A stretch of DNA of 63,982 nucleotides, counting the filler, from Collodictyon triciliatum (Eukaryota), in the NCBI GenBank assembly GCA_043381765.1. It is 5 parts of 5 records of this genome, joined end to end, with 100 filler letters (N's around TTAATTAATTAA, not from the genome) between each part and the next. Parts side by side here need not be neighbours in the genome. Positions count along the whole stretch, not along the records: positions 55,166 to 63,982 come from JBHJMP010002021.1; 4 more parts are not named here. The stretch is one strand, 5' to 3'. Made by a program: the position numbers and the translations under genes. The notes beneath the pieces are model-generated. The model ran no database searches and was not told the DNA's origin. It saw only the letters and a program-made list of their open reading frames with translations. Below, one piece after another: positions 63,715 to 63,982 of the stretch (its first letter is position 1; each line of letters starts with the position of its first letter).

Positions 63715-63982
63715 TACGCAAATGAGCAAGGCAAGGGTTAGCCCGCTTAAAACGGGTGCGCACTTCAGTCTTTTGGGTTTTTTTTTTCCCCTCTATTCAA
63801 GTTCGTCGTGAAGAAAGAACTGATATTCAACTCTCATACTTTGTTTAGTAAATGCTTATTTCTTATCATTTTGTTTTCCTTTTTCTTTTTTTCTTTTTTT
63901 CTTTTTTTCTTTTTTTCTTTTTTTCTTTTTTTCTTTTTTTCTTTTTTTCTTTTTTTCTTTTTTTTCTTTTTTTCTTTTTTTT

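Overview
Eukaryotic (probably protist) genomic DNA with many short spliceosomal introns, the standard genetic code and abundant microsatellites. It is not one locus: five contigs are joined by 100-bp spacers (44 N + TTAATTAATTAA + 44 N) at 13700, 27494, 41282 and 55066. The complete internal contigs are 13694, 13688 and 13684 bp, which suggests unplaced contigs sorted by length, so gene adjacency only means something within a contig. Manual splicing gives: a non-LTR reverse transcriptase fragment, a USPL1-N-like Zn-ribbon gene, a fucosyltransferase, an AGPAT/PlsC acyltransferase, a tandem coactosin/ADF-H protein, an MPG-like protein, two DUF4062-NACHT-TPR genes, an ankyrin-PRA1 fusion, an LRR protein, an orphan ORF, a 3x Cys-repeat + YaaW-like protein, a tandem UspA protein, a GSAP-like protein, a BNR/YCF48-like propeller, an NHL-repeat protein, ribonucleotide reductase large subunit and an LRRC46-like protein. 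The most notable items are (i) an NLR-like gene whose TPR region is built from nine consecutive same-phase exons of one repeat each and (ii) an unannotated-looking 8-Cys repeat fused to a YaaW-like domain. All family assignments are by eye from remembered motifs; no searches were run.
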